Origin: Cyanophora paradoxa CCMP329
Taxonomy: Eukaryota; Plantae; Glaucophyta
Assembly: GCA_004431415.1 (NCBI GenBank)
Contig: QPMI01000626.1
Location: 186,001 to 250,000 of the forward strand
Direction of reading: 5' to 3'
Length of the DNA stretch: 64,000 nucleotides
Position numbers and translations under genes: made by a program. The notes under the pieces were generated by a model. That model saw only the letters and a program-made list of their open reading frames with translations. It made no database searches and was not told the origin of the DNA. Below are positions 39,001 through 49,959 of the stretch, piece by piece (the stretch's first letter is position 1; every line of letters begins with the position of its first letter).

Positions 39001-39136
39001 CCATAGCTCCCATCACATACCCTTTTAGATCTACTATCAGGTCATTGGATTCACTGGGTATATTGGCATGGGTTATATAAAAATTATTATCCAATACCGC
39101 ATTCTTTATTGTCGTTTCTACTATGGGTTCAGTCAT
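36088..39136 (-). CDS. Large phage-tail-fibre-like protein (about 1015 aa; two -1 homopolymer frameshifts near 38207 and 36430)
   Basis: ORFs 38105-39136, 36417-38210 and 36088-36384 join on adding one G each (AHKHLW-EDITNPP; QQG-TADVVIP). Contains HxH-W..IT.P repeats, YLPLTGGTLTG, SN pentapeptide repeats, four ATSGNYDDL repeats and a C-terminal gp53/H-lectin-like head (GTVTF...P.V.AT...LHWIAVG). Confidence 0.8.
36518..36735 (-). repeat. 54-bp coding tandem repeat, about 4 copies (PNLHAVATSGNYDDLINT)
   Basis: Unit tgtttatcagatcatcataatttccacttgtagccacagcatgtaggtttggtg repeated almost exactly. Confidence 0.95.
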
Positions 39137-39173
39137 TATACTCTATTATGGAATACTACAAAAATTAAGGTTG

Positions 39174-42100
39174 TTACATAACGTTTGGAACATGTTCATA
39201 TATTCTCCCTTCTCGCTGTGCCATTTCCGCCATAAAGTCTCTATCATTGTTCATCGTTTGCTCTGCCAATTCTTGTGCTCGTGATTTTTTGGGTGCTGCC
39301 CTATTTGCTGGTGGTCGGTCAGTCCTCACAACACTAAGACCATGCCCTCGGCTGATCTCACCTCTAAGCCCACATCTCCTTCGGCTGTTTGGGTCACATT
39401 AAGCTCTGGTGTTGAGTATTTATTACCTGCTCCTGCAATGGTTCTGTCTATGCAAGCACAACATAAAGCTCGGAATTTGTATGCAAGCACAAGCCAAGAG
39501 CACCGAGAATCGGCAAGAGAATCATAAGCACTAACGTTCCTGGATCTGTTCCCGGTGCCCCGACTGGATTTGTAGGATTCGTGGGATTATTAGGTGGTGT
39601 GTTTGGATCTGGATTAGTTGTAGGGGGATCTTGTGAATCGGGATCTGGGTTAGGCTGGTTCGGATTTGGATCATTTGGTGGCGGCTCTGTCGACCCTGCT
39701 TATGAGGTCGGCGCTGTGTATGCATTTGCAAACACGATGGGAGCCGTCGCTGGATTTCCTGTGGAGGATCCTGAGATTGCACCATAGGTATCTGCGAGAT
39801 ACTTGTATAATTCCTGTGTCACAGGTGGATTGCTCACAGATCGACACACCCAAATATTGCATGTGGTGTCATAGACTGTGTCCCTGATAAAAGGCGGTAG
39901 AGCCGTCCCACTGAATGACTCAAAGAGTCCATTTCGCGATAGCAACCTATGTCCTGTATCACAATTTCCACCCTCAAAATATTTGGTAGCCGAAATCGCA
40001 CCTTGCACATAAATATTGCATGTCGAATGCAATCCAATGTTATTTAGGTTAGGAGTGTATCTGTCATCAAGCCGGACAGTGCACACCCATGGGGAAGCGG
40101 TTTTTATATATTTCTTATCGCCTGCTGTGATCACATCAGTGTTTGGGTGGCTTTCGATTTGGGTAGCAATAGACTCATATTTGTAAGAGTAATAAACTAA
40201 GAGACCATCTGTGGAGGATGTAAAATAAAAGAAGTCTCTCATGAAGTCTGTGGATCCAAAGAAGTCAGCATTGGTCGATGTTAGGGTGACTCTGGGATAG
40301 CTCATGTTGACAGTCTCAGAAGGATATGGAATATATGAGGTGTAATTACGATTGAAAAGATAATAGTGAAATCCATCTGAGACATTCGAGTGAGTGGGCA
40401 AGGTGACTGTTAAGGTCTTACTGCGATTCTCAAACGTGTTCTGTATGACAATGTTGCAAGTATTAATATATCGAGAATCGAAAAAGTAATTATTTGTAAC
40501 TCGATTATCGATCAGAGTCGCATTGGTTCCATTAAATACGAAATTCTGCCCATTTATTCTCGTAGTATGAATGTCGGTAACATCGAGAGGATACCTTATT
40601 TTTAATCGGTCTTCGGGGTCAAATCGCGGAATAGTTCCTGTTGCCTTCCAACTGATAGTAAAGGGAGGAGCAAGGGACACTGCTGGGATAACAGAGAGAT
40701 TAAATTTCGAAAAATACAACCCAACAGGGTATGATGTCAGAGCATATGTCACTGTTGCATTTCCTACAAGTGTAAAGCCGGTGGTTGTTATGTTAGTTGC
40801 AACAAATGGGGAGTAGCCGGCTGGTGCATTTTGAAGTGATGTAGCTGACCCATCATTGACCACATACAAATTCGTGTCTGTTATTTCAATAGTAGGAGGG
40901 GAAACAAATGGTGTCTCAAATGTGAAATTAAAATTCGCTGGAACCCTGCAAGATATCTATATGTTGTTGCTGATATCTCGGATGCCTGGAATACTTTGCT
41001 TCCACTCCGCACTACATTACTTGTGTCTTTCACATTGTGGTATGAGATGCTGGGAGTTGGGGAGAGCACCAACGAAATAGCATCTGGTAAATCAGACTTT
41101 GTTATATACAGTTCTCTGAGAAACTCCTTTCTAAAAGGGGCGGTCAGTTCTCCAATAGTAGCCGATGATCCTGCGACCACAATATTACAGGTGTTTGCAC
41201 TCAAAGAGTAAACTGTGTTCCACCTTAAAGAATTCGCCCCAAGATCGAAATTCTGTGAGAAGGGCACGATATTGCTACCTTGTAAATCTCGGTAAACCTT
41301 TACTCTGGGTTTGCTATCGAATACAGGGCTAATGTAATTGATGTTAAGAGTGAAACTAATAGTAGCTTCGGAACTCAATGAGTTGTTTCGGATGATAAGT
41401 AAATTGTATGTCTCGTTAATGACAAACGAAACCTGAAACCCTGTGGAGGTGACATTTTGGATAAATGCTTTATTAGATTCATTATTGTTATAGATAGGAT
41501 TATAATAAGTAGTGTGATCCACCAATGAAACAGTGGGTATATTCGTCTCGAAACCTGTGACACCCAACTGATCCCAAGTGAATGTATATGTAGGTTTGCC
41601 TACATAAGCGACATAGACCCCATTTGCGAGCTGCTGAGGGTATCCCTCGACAGTGTAGGTCTCAGTTTGCGAAACCGAGCGGGAAAGGTTACTATTATAG
41701 TCGGTGTAGCTGATCAGTGCATTATCACTGGTGAGAATCTGATTAGGTCGGAGTGAGTGATTAAATGGAAGGATTAAATTGGAGGCAAACATGGAAACTC
41801 CATGCACCTCTGACCATCTCAGATTCGAGAGACCAATTCGGTATGCGTTATCAATAGAAGGGTAAATGTTCCTTTTCGATAGAATATGGGCTAAGGTAAT
41901 TGCAAGCGCTCCATCTGCTGCAAACAGAGCATTAATTTCGGATTGCAAAGCGGCGATTTCGGTAGTGTGGGTCGTGAGGGTTCCATCCTGGCTGGAATCT
42001 TTGGTGTTCTTGCTCCTCTCGAACTCCAAAAACGCCTTTACGATGTCCTTGCCCAAAAGATCGTTTATATTGTCTCTGGTAATGTGAACATGGTCTTTTC

Positions 42101-42896
42101 TCAGTGCCTGTTTCTCTGTGGTAAAAGCCGGAATTTCTTCTGCAAATGATATAGTCGTTTTATCAAGTGCTAAGGATCTCACATTCGGAGCATTGGCGCC
42201 AATTATATCGACAACGTTCCCATTTTCGACAATTTCTAAGGTCGGTTTCGCGGGGTCTAATGTGAAAACACCCTCTGTTATCTGGGGAACCGATTCGCTC
42301 TTCTGAATCACAAAGGATTCGATGTTTAGGTTACAGGTTGCGACATTGGTGGCGAAAAACGACTCGGAGTTGAGCGAGTTTACATTTAGGGTATCCGTAG
42401 TGATGTTACTTGCTGTAATGTTACTCGTCGTTAGATTACCTGCTGAGAGATCATGGACGACCTCTACCTTTGTTTTCCGTGTGGATACTCCCGCTATAAG
42501 TGTGCTATTATCCACGATTCTCATAGCTGCATTTTGGAAACCGCTCTCATCTTGAATGAAGAAGTTTAAGCGACCTCTATCGAATGCTTTCGGGATGTTC
42601 CTACGATTATATCGCACCGTTTTCGGTAGCTGGCGGGTTGCCTGAATGCTGGCGACTCTGTTTCGTTCGTTATCATCAAGTAAAAAGTCGATTCCAAGTT
42701 TATGATCCCCTTTCTCGACGTTCATTAACTGCAAAGCTGCGGGTCTGCTCGGTGTTCCACTGACTGGATCTTCGCGGTCTGCATTGAAGTTTATTTTCAG
42801 AGACCCGCGAATTTCAGTGTTTACCTGATCAGTGTCCTCTATCTGAGTGGTCGAATTAATAACTCGTGCATCTGGTCGCGGATTCAGGAACGACAT
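39174..42896 (-). CDS. Large fibre/spike-like structural protein (frameshift near 40944; in-frame TAA at 39700; probable further shift near 39539)
   Basis: True start MSFLNPRP at 42896. Contains NIYPSIDNAYRIG..RW and NIVP..NFDLG..RW fibre motifs, a short coiled coil and two gp53-like segments (TFETPF..PP, N.T.TGF). One added G joins it to ORF 39700-40869; a Pro/Asn-rich frame continues past the TAA. Extent below 39700 is uncertain. Confidence 0.7.
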
Positions 42897-42939
42897 CCTC
42901 TTTATAAACAAAGAAGATATATAAGAAGTATATAAGATA

Positions 42940-44433
42940 ATGAAGACCGTTCTCGCTTTGAGTGGAGGGGGGTCGCGTGGAATAATCGAGGCTGCTATAC
43001 TGGCACAGATTGAAGCCCAAACCGGTAAACGAATCCAACAGCTATTCGACTGCTTTGCGGGAACATCCACAGGTGGATTAATCGCGCTCCTATTGAATAT
43101 CAAGGGAACCGATGGCGCCCCTAAATATACAGCCACTGATATTCTGGCGCTATACAAAGCAAAGCTACCGCTGATTTTCGCGAATCCACGAGTGCTTACA
43201 TCGATTGTACAGCGCCCAAAGTACGAAGCAACTAACTTAGAAGCGGTGGCTCTCGAACTCTGCGGCTCAGCGACCATGGCGGATCTCTATAAACCCACCA
43301 TCGTGACTGCGTTCGACACGGTCTTAATGTCCCCCGTTTTTATTTCAAGCAACGATGAAGATATTAATGGGATGCTTGTGCGCGATGCTGCAAGGGCTAC
43401 CTCGGCTGCTCCGACCTATTTCGAGCCGAAACAAGTCACAGTCGCCGGAAGAACATACTGTTTAATTGATGGTTGCATGAGTGGAAATAATTCGCCCGGG
43501 GTTTGCGGCTACACATTCGCCCGCACTTTATTCGGAAACTCTTGCGAGGAGGAGCTTATCGTGGTCTCGATTACGGCGGGTCACGTCCAAGACTCTGATA
43601 AGGCGACATCTGGATATTCGTACGACACTATGAAAAATTGGGGGATCGTGCAATGGATGCTAAGCGCCACAGGATCGCCAATTCTCAGCATGTTCTTAGA
43701 GTCGAGTGATCTAAACGCCCACGTAAAGCTACTGGAACTTTTACCCAGAAACGATGATCAGAATTACGATCGCTACTATAAGCTGAGCGTTCCTTTACCG
43801 AAAGATAAAATGACCCTCGATACTATCACAACGACGCACTTGCAATATTTAGAAACGGAAGCGCTCGCCTTTGTTTCCGCACAGCAAACGTATTTTAATG
43901 CGATGTATTCAGTGCTGACAATGAATTTATCAGAGGGCGACGTTCCCATAATTAATCTGTCCGGGTGCACAGATGTAAGCGCACCCCCGGAGTCCAACTG
44001 GGTGCCGCTCGATAATAGCGCTTTTATTGCGGAATTCGGGACAGCCTCCAATGCCCGCTGGTCGAATGCTACGGGGTGGGTGGGATTTACCAACCCGCCG
44101 CAAGGTAGTAGGTCGGGAGGCAATTATTTACGCATCGATTTTCCGCGTCTGTTTATGCTTTCCTCTATAAAAATGAAGCCGGCTGCGAATGGAAACTACA
44201 TTAAAACGTTTGAGATCGATTACCAATTAACTCCGGGAGTGTCGGCACTTGTCACATACACAGAAGCCGGCGCGACGAGAGTGTTTACCAATGCAAATCA
44301 AATAGCCGGAAGTGCCGATCCTGACGAACATTTCTTAGCGAACCCGAGATCTGTGAGAACCCTCGTAATCTGGGTGCTCACGACGAACGTAGCTTCGGCA
44401 TGCCGAATAGATTTCGAGGGCTACTATGTGTGA
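42940..44433 (+). CDS. Patatin-like phospholipase fused to a C-terminal discoidin (F5/8 type C)-like domain
   Basis: LSGGGSRG oxyanion loop, GTSTG nucleophile, ATSAAPTYF and IDG(C); C-terminus YLRIDF...YIKTFEIDY...P..VRTL.I...CRIDFEG fits the FA58C fold. Confidence 0.92.
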   Translation: MKTVLALSGGGSRGIIEAAILAQIEAQTGKRIQQLFDCFAGTSTGGLIALLLNIKGTDGAPKYTATDILALYKAKLPLIFANPRVLTSIVQRPKYEATNLEAVALELCGSATMADLYKPTIVTAFDTVLMSPVFISSNDEDINGMLVRDAARATSAAPTYFEPKQVTVAGRTYCLIDGCMSGNNSPGVCGYTFARTLFGNSCEEELIVVSITAGHVQDSDKATSGYSYDTMKNWGIVQWMLSATGSPILSMFLESSDLNAHVKLLELLPRNDDQNYDRYYKLSVPLPKDKMTLDTITTTHLQYLETEALAFVSAQQTYFNAMYSVLTMNLSEGDVPIINLSGCTDVSAPPESNWVPLDNSAFIAEFGTASNARWSNATGWVGFTNPPQGSRSGGNYLRIDFPRLFMLSSIKMKPAANGNYIKTFEIDYQLTPGVSALVTYTEAGATRVFTNANQIAGSADPDEHFLANPRSVRTLVIWVLTTNVASACRIDFEGYYV

Positions 44434-44439
44434 CAGCGC

Positions 44440-45285
44440 TTAATCGGTGATCACTTCGAGCTGGAACGAGTATGAGAGACCGTTTATATCTGCAACAGAG
44501 CCCCGCCATTTTCGAAGCGAAATTGTGAGACGATCTAAATCGAGTTGCGATGTGACATTTACGAAAGGGATGCTTGCGCTCGGTTCGTGGTAAAAGGAAT
44601 ATCTACCAAAGTCCGAGTTCATCTGAATTCGCAATAGATAGGAGTCGTCGAAATTGTTCTGTCTCCCAGTAACCGCTGCGAATTTGGTAAACGGGCGGAG
44701 CTCTTCGATATCAAGGTAAATATATGGAATTGCATTAAAGTCGACCATTTTCGGGCATATAATCGCGTAGCGACTGGGGTAATCTCTGAGTGGAACCGGC
44801 ACTGGTTCTGGTGTGCTGGCGTAAACCACTCCGGGTTCTATGCCGAGACAGTCACAGAACTCCTGGTCTGAGGACTCTAATGTAAAAGGGCTATTCGGAG
44901 ATGAGAACACGAAGCGGTTCGTAGACAGAGCGAGAGAATAGGAAACCGGGAAGAGACCGAGAGGATTAAAAGAACCGCCTGAAAAACCGAGTAAAGCATC
45001 ACTGTTTAAAGCTCTCTCTTTCGGATATCGTTCGTTATCAGCATCGACGTAATAATAATCGTTTACGCTGGGAATCGGTGCTATCATTTTGGATGCGGGG
45101 ATTACTGTGGGCTCTTCGTTCAAAAGCGTTATAGTTATTGTCTGATCGGGCGGAACAACATAAGAGCTATTGGGAATCTCAGCTGATAGCACACGAAATC
45201 GCCTTACATTATTAAGGCGCGTTTTCAAGTGCAGCACGCCGTTTTCAAGGTCTCTACTGTCGCAATTTATTGTTATTCTTTTCAT
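44440..45285 (-). CDS. Minor capsid (penton-like) protein 1
   Basis: I..DSRD...L..V....L.SAEIPNS.Y; YIYLDIEEL; LDRLTISLR...G...DINGL..SF.LE, the pattern of PLV/NCLDV single-jelly-roll pentons; next to the MCP. Confidence 0.8.
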   Translation of the reverse strand: MKRITINCDSRDLENGVLHLKTRLNNVRRFRVLSAEIPNSSYVVPPDQTITITLLNEEPTVIPASKMIAPIPSVNDYYYVDADNERYPKERALNSDALLGFSGGSFNPLGLFPVSYSLALSTNRFVFSSPNSPFTLESSDQEFCDCLGIEPGVVYASTPEPVPVPLRDYPSRYAIICPKMVDFNAIPYIYLDIEELRPFTKFAAVTGRQNNFDDSYLLRIQMNSDFGRYSFYHEPSASIPFVNVTSQLDLDRLTISLRKWRGSVADINGLSYSFQLEVITD

Positions 45286-45301
45286 AATCTATTATAGTAA
45301 G

Positions 45302-46226
45302 ATGAAAGAATACCTGAGCTTTTCGAGCGATGATCGCGATGAGGAGTTTACTCAGCCAAACCAGTATGTAGTGACATTACCCCGTCGCTATGACAACGTA
45401 AAATCGGTGCGCCTGGTGCAGGCAACGGTTCCCAATGTTCTTTCGACCGTGACAAACGATATAGACGCCACTGGTGCAACCATCGAGCGCATGGAACTCT
45501 ATTTCTCGGTCACAGCTTCGGATTCCGGATTCGTGACCATCACAATCCCCAAAGGATTTTACACCAAAGACGACCTTGCCGCAAAAGTCACAGAAAGACT
45601 CGAAGCAGCTCGCCTTTCAGATTTCGGTGGAAAATATATTAAATGCCGCTATAATACTACTTCAAAGATCTATGAGTTTTTCAGTGATAGTAACTTTTGG
45701 TTCAAGTTCTCCAAAGCTTCCCTGAAACACTCAGAAAATCCAGTAATCGCAAAGCAATCGCTAAGAAACTCGCAATATTCGGTTTCAAAGATATTCAGCT
45801 ATATGTTTACGAGACATTTACCCCTTTTGCAAGCGATACATTCCTTGTGTTTAATCCTGGGACGGGAACTGTGACACTCAATCGACGCATTCGCGGCTAT
45901 ACTCGTGGAGATGAGACCCCGGCGGCGATGATCTGGCTATATATTGATGAATTTGCGCCGTTTATTCGCTCAGTCAACAAGCACGTCGATGGTTATTTCA
46001 TGCGCATTCCAATCCCACAGGAACTCGAACATGGTGATATCTACCACTTCGACACGTCCACTACGGTGCCTCTCATTCGTGAATTCCGCGAATTAAAATC
46101 TTTCGACCGCCTCACGATTAAACTCATCGACCATGATGGCGCTCTCTTAGATTTCGGGTTTGGGCGCATTATTTCACTTTTGAAATCGAAACCTACGACG
46201 CACCGCCCGAAATGAATTTCTATTGA
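45302..46226 (+). CDS. Minor capsid (penton-like) protein 2 (frameshifts near 45751 and 46162)
   Basis: SSDDRD...PNQYVVTLPRRYDNVKSVRL..A.VPN; GFYT; IWLYIDEF; FDRLTIKLIDHDG.LLDF; the restored end reads GAHYFTFEIETY...NFY*. Confidence 0.78.
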
Positions 46227-46273
46227 GCCCTGTAAATTATTTTCTGATCCCAAAGATAAGAGAAGAAACGCTC

Positions 46274-47586
46274 ATGGAGACTAACAGCCAATTCCAGCGC
46301 CCAACGCTGAAATCTATGCTCACCACCGATGACTACAAGGATTATTTCCTAAACAAGTCGCTGGTCATTGGAACGTCCTCTGGCACTAAGCCACTTCGAG
46401 TTCTGGTCGCCCCCGACACTGAGCCACCCAGCGCTCTCGGCAACCGAGTTGTCTTCAAAATCCCCGCTACCATTTCCTGAATGGTCTCGCGCTGCAACTC
46501 GATCTTAACCCGATCACCCTCACTGATCTCACGAATGGTGTCGCTGGAACTACTGGCTACCTTCGCGTTATTGGATCGCTAATTAAGCGCATTGAAATCT
46601 CTCACGCTTCATTCCGCTATGTTGTCCCAGAGGATTTCGTCACCCAGTATTTTCTACTGATGACCGAACAGGGCGAACTCGATAAGAAACTTCGCTATGT
46701 GGGTGGTCTTGTCGGAACCGCTGGTAACACTGTCGGTGGAACCTACGAAATCGATTTACCCTCTCCTTTCGAGAAGGCGATGTTCCCACTTTGCGCTCTG
46801 AACTCTGAGATCGTGGTCGAAATCGAATTCAAGGCGATTGGTGATGGTATCATTGAGGATGTAAACAATGTTGGCAATATTTCGGTCGTAAACAGTGGTG
46901 CTTCCCTTCAAGTGCTGAAACCCCGCATTATCTGCAAGGTCGTAAATGCCGATGAGGCGGTTGTATCTGAGACCATTGCCCGTGTTAAATCGACTGGTAT
47001 CGCGATCCCCTACAACGAAATCGGTTTCCTCCACACAGATTTCCAGCCGACCGCCTCCGGTTCGCGAGTCAATCTCTCGCAACTCACAGGTGCGGGTCTC
47101 ATCCACACTCTCGTATTCTCTGTGCGCCAAAACGCGAAGACGAAGGTGAACAACGGAACTCTCTCGGTTCTGGCTCCTCGTGCACTCCGAACCAACGCTG
47201 TGAACTTCTATGTGGAACTCAACAATAACCGCCTTTACTCGAATACTTCGCTTCCTCTCATGATTGCCGCGACCGAACTTCAAGATAAATATAATTCGGC
47301 GATCTTTACCGAGAGCACAAGCTACCCCGCTCTCACTGGCATTTACTTCGGTGCTGGAAACGGAAAGGCGTCGCTTCTCAACCAAGAGAACACGGGCTAC
47401 ATCGATGCCACAGGCACATCGGCGTTCGATCTGGTCTTCGAATTCAATGGTGTCACAGCCGGTGGAGTCGGTAATGAGGAGTGGTATGCGGGTGCCGCTT
47501 ATCAGAAGATGCAAATTCAGTGCATTGCCCTCGCTCATAATATCATGATAATCGGAGCTGATGGTATTCGCAGAGTAAGTAGCTAA
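46274..47586 (+). CDS. Major capsid protein, double jelly-roll (frameshift in the C-run at 46462-46465)
   Basis: Adding one C gives GNRVVFKIPRYHFLNGLALQLDL...LIKRIEI, continuing into ORF 46660-47586 (FPLCALNSEIVVEIEF); about 437 aa; lies between the pentons and the ATPase. Confidence 0.85.
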
Positions 47587-47644
47587 GGAATTCGTGCGAT
47601 TACCACAGTCAGTCTTATTTTTCTATTGTTTTTATAGTGAAAGA

Positions 47645-48510
47645 ATGCAAAAAGGGACAACGCCCATGGATCTCGAAGAATGGAACCCGAAACAGAGGGT
47701 GAAACTTCCCGCACGATTTCTCCTATTGGCGAAAACCAATTGTGGTAAATCGGTATTCTTAAAGTGGCTGATCAAAGAACTCGAAGACCAGATCTCATAC
47801 GTTCTGGTCTTTTGTCCAACGAGTTTCAACGGTTTCTGGGGACAAATTACAGACGAAGTGCATGACACCTGGAAACCGGAATATGTAGAGTCGATCATAG
47901 AAGCCCGCAAAAAGCCATCATTGCGGGTAAGAAACCAAAGAATATTCTCATCGTGCTCGACGATTGTTTGGAGTCCGGAACTATCGATCTTTCGCGCGAT
48001 CATTTGCTAAATAAATTGATGGCGCAAGGTCGTCATACGTTTTGTTCCGTGGCTCTAATATCGCAGAAACTAACAAAGCTTTCAACGATCATTCGCAGCA
48101 ATGCGGAGTATATCATATTCCTAAGCTGGTCAAACATGCGAGAGTTTGAAGCATATCACGAAGAGTTCGGGAACATGGATAAAGAGAGTTTTAAGCGCAT
48201 GTTCCAAGAATTCTGTCATAGCTACCAAGCGATCATTCACGATAATACCGGGTATTCTGTGCGATGGTGGGTCGAAAAAGCCGATATGATCGATGACCAT
48301 CCGTTTACTAAATTCCACAAGCGGGCGGCTTTTGAAGAAAAGAAGCGCAAACAACAAGAGGAGCAAGCGACAAAACCGCCGCCTGTCAAAGATTCGACAA
48401 CTGTCTGTCGAACTTTATCCAAATTTGAGCGTGAGCTTGAAGGTATCCCCAAACTTTCGCAAATTTCGCCTAAGAAAAAGAAAATGTTAATCAAATGTAA
48501 GAGAAGATAA
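47645..48510 (+). CDS. A32/FtsK-like genome-packaging ATPase (frameshift in the A-run at 47909-47913)
   Basis: Walker A AKTNCGKS, Walker B ILIVLDD after the frame is restored, GRH motif, SQ sensor and IRSN. Confidence 0.92.
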
Positions 48511-48512
48511 TC

Positions 48513-49196
48513 ATGGTCTACCGAAAGAAGCCTCAAACCATTCAAACTGTCGCTTCTGGTAATCCTAATCGCGGACTTGAAGAGTCTGGGTTAACGTCGG
48601 GTGGCGGTCTCGAAATGCCCGAATATCTTATAGACACTTCGCCAGAGGAGGTCGCCAAGCAAGAGGCGATTATTGCGAGTGCCACCGCGGACAAGGGAAA
48701 CCAAGATAGCGGTAAACGCCAAATGGACGATTTAGCTACTGTAAAACCACAGATTGGAGGCGGCTCTGTTGATGAAGCAACCGACAAAGTAATTAAAGCG
48801 CAAGTTGTCGCAAGCCAGCACAAAACGCAAGACGTCCCGAAAGCCGCCGAAACTGAGCTCAAAAAGCGCGGATCCTATCAAAAACACACGGTTCCTGTCG
48901 ACGTTGTCATGAGCTTCGAAGAGAAAGTGCGAGACCTTGAAATGAAAGTCTCTAACTACGAGAAATGGATGCAAGATTATAACGAACGCAAGAAATTAAA
49001 GGGGCTCGTGAAGAAAGAGATCTCCAAACTCGGATTAAAGCAAAAAGTCGACGTAGAGGAGATTAAAAAGGAGGAAAAGACAGATGCGCAAGCCGTAACT
49101 CGACAGCAATCGGTTGCCCCGCAATATGCACATATTGTGCCGACCGCACCCGTGAATTATGCCGCAATGCTTGGTGGTAAACGCCATATCCGCTAA
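48513..49196 (+). CDS. Hypothetical viral protein, 227 aa, charged with a coiled coil
   Basis: Clean ORF starting 2 nt after the ATPase stop; no motif recognised. Confidence 0.7.
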   Translation: MVYRKKPQTIQTVASGNPNRGLEESGLTSGGGLEMPEYLIDTSPEEVAKQEAIIASATADKGNQDSGKRQMDDLATVKPQIGGGSVDEATDKVIKAQVVASQHKTQDVPKAAETELKKRGSYQKHTVPVDVVMSFEEKVRDLEMKVSNYEKWMQDYNERKKLKGLVKKEISKLGLKQKVDVEEIKKEEKTDAQAVTRQQSVAPQYAHIVPTAPVNYAAMLGGKRHIR

Positions 49197-49342
49197 TGGC
49201 TGTGAATATCCGCAAGGCAAAGCTGAACCCGCCCGTATTTAGAGCGGGTCTTTATGTGGACTCCCTTGCAATAGGGACAGGTCGGCTCCATAAACAGCAT
49301 TATAAGTTCGACCAATTCGTAGGGGAACACACGAGCAAGTAA
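49196..49342 (+). CDS. Small 48-aa ORF (MAVNIRKAKLNPP...), below the ORF-track cutoff
   Basis: ATG overlaps the preceding stop (TAATG) and the ORF fills the intergenic gap. Confidence 0.45.
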   Translation: MAVNIRKAKLNPPVFRAGLYVDSLAIGTGRLHKQHYKFDQFVGEHTSK

Positions 49343-49400
49343 AGCCCTCATTCCCTTTTATTTTCTCCGATATTTAATACGTTGCGTCCTTGTAGGATCG

Positions 49401-49835
49401 ATGAATTTCATCACACAATGCATTGAAATGTTTCAGCTTCATGTCGTGTCTAATTGCCACAGTCCTTGCTGTGACACAACCGTAGAGGTTAATATTTCTG
49501 ACGACGAGAATGGAGGTAGGCGCCTTTCTGTATATTCTAACCACAGCGACAATCACAACCACCCACGATCTCGATCGCCCTCGCCTGTGCCCGCGGCTAT
49601 GAGTTCTAATATCGAAACCGCTCAGATAGAGGACGTGCATGTAGAGCATATTAGAAGGCGCTCATGTCCTGAATTTGTAGAAGGTCATTTGCGCGCTGAC
49701 TCCCCTTATCCGATGTATAGATTGGATCAAATGCCATTAGGCGACGATGAAAATGTAACGAACCCTTATGTTTATCCTCAGCAACCTTATGTATATCCTC
49801 AGCAACAAGAAAGAACCGTCTGGAACGGTTATTGA
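49401..49835 (+). CDS. Hypothetical protein, 144 aa
   Basis: ORF preceded by the element's TATTTTCTCCG motif; Cys-rich N-terminus; PYVYPQQ repeated twice. Confidence 0.6.
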   Translation: MNFITQCIEMFQLHVVSNCHSPCCDTTVEVNISDDENGGRRLSVYSNHSDNHNHPRSRSPSPVPAAMSSNIETAQIEDVHVEHIRRRSCPEFVEGHLRADSPYPMYRLDQMPLGDDENVTNPYVYPQQPYVYPQQQERTVWNGY

Positions 49836-49959
49836 GCGGTGAATTTCGGTGGCGCTTGTATCGAGCCAAGGGCAAAAATTGAAGGTTTCGGTAAAAGGTA
49901 TATAAGGGCAAGGGAAATAATACAGAGTGACAAAAAACTATTTTCTCCGGTTATAGTAA

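Noticed and set aside
42897-43277. N-terminal extension of ORF 40881-43277
   Set aside because: It is antisense to the well-conserved patatin N-terminus; the ATG at 42896, preceded by TATAAAG, is the plausible start.
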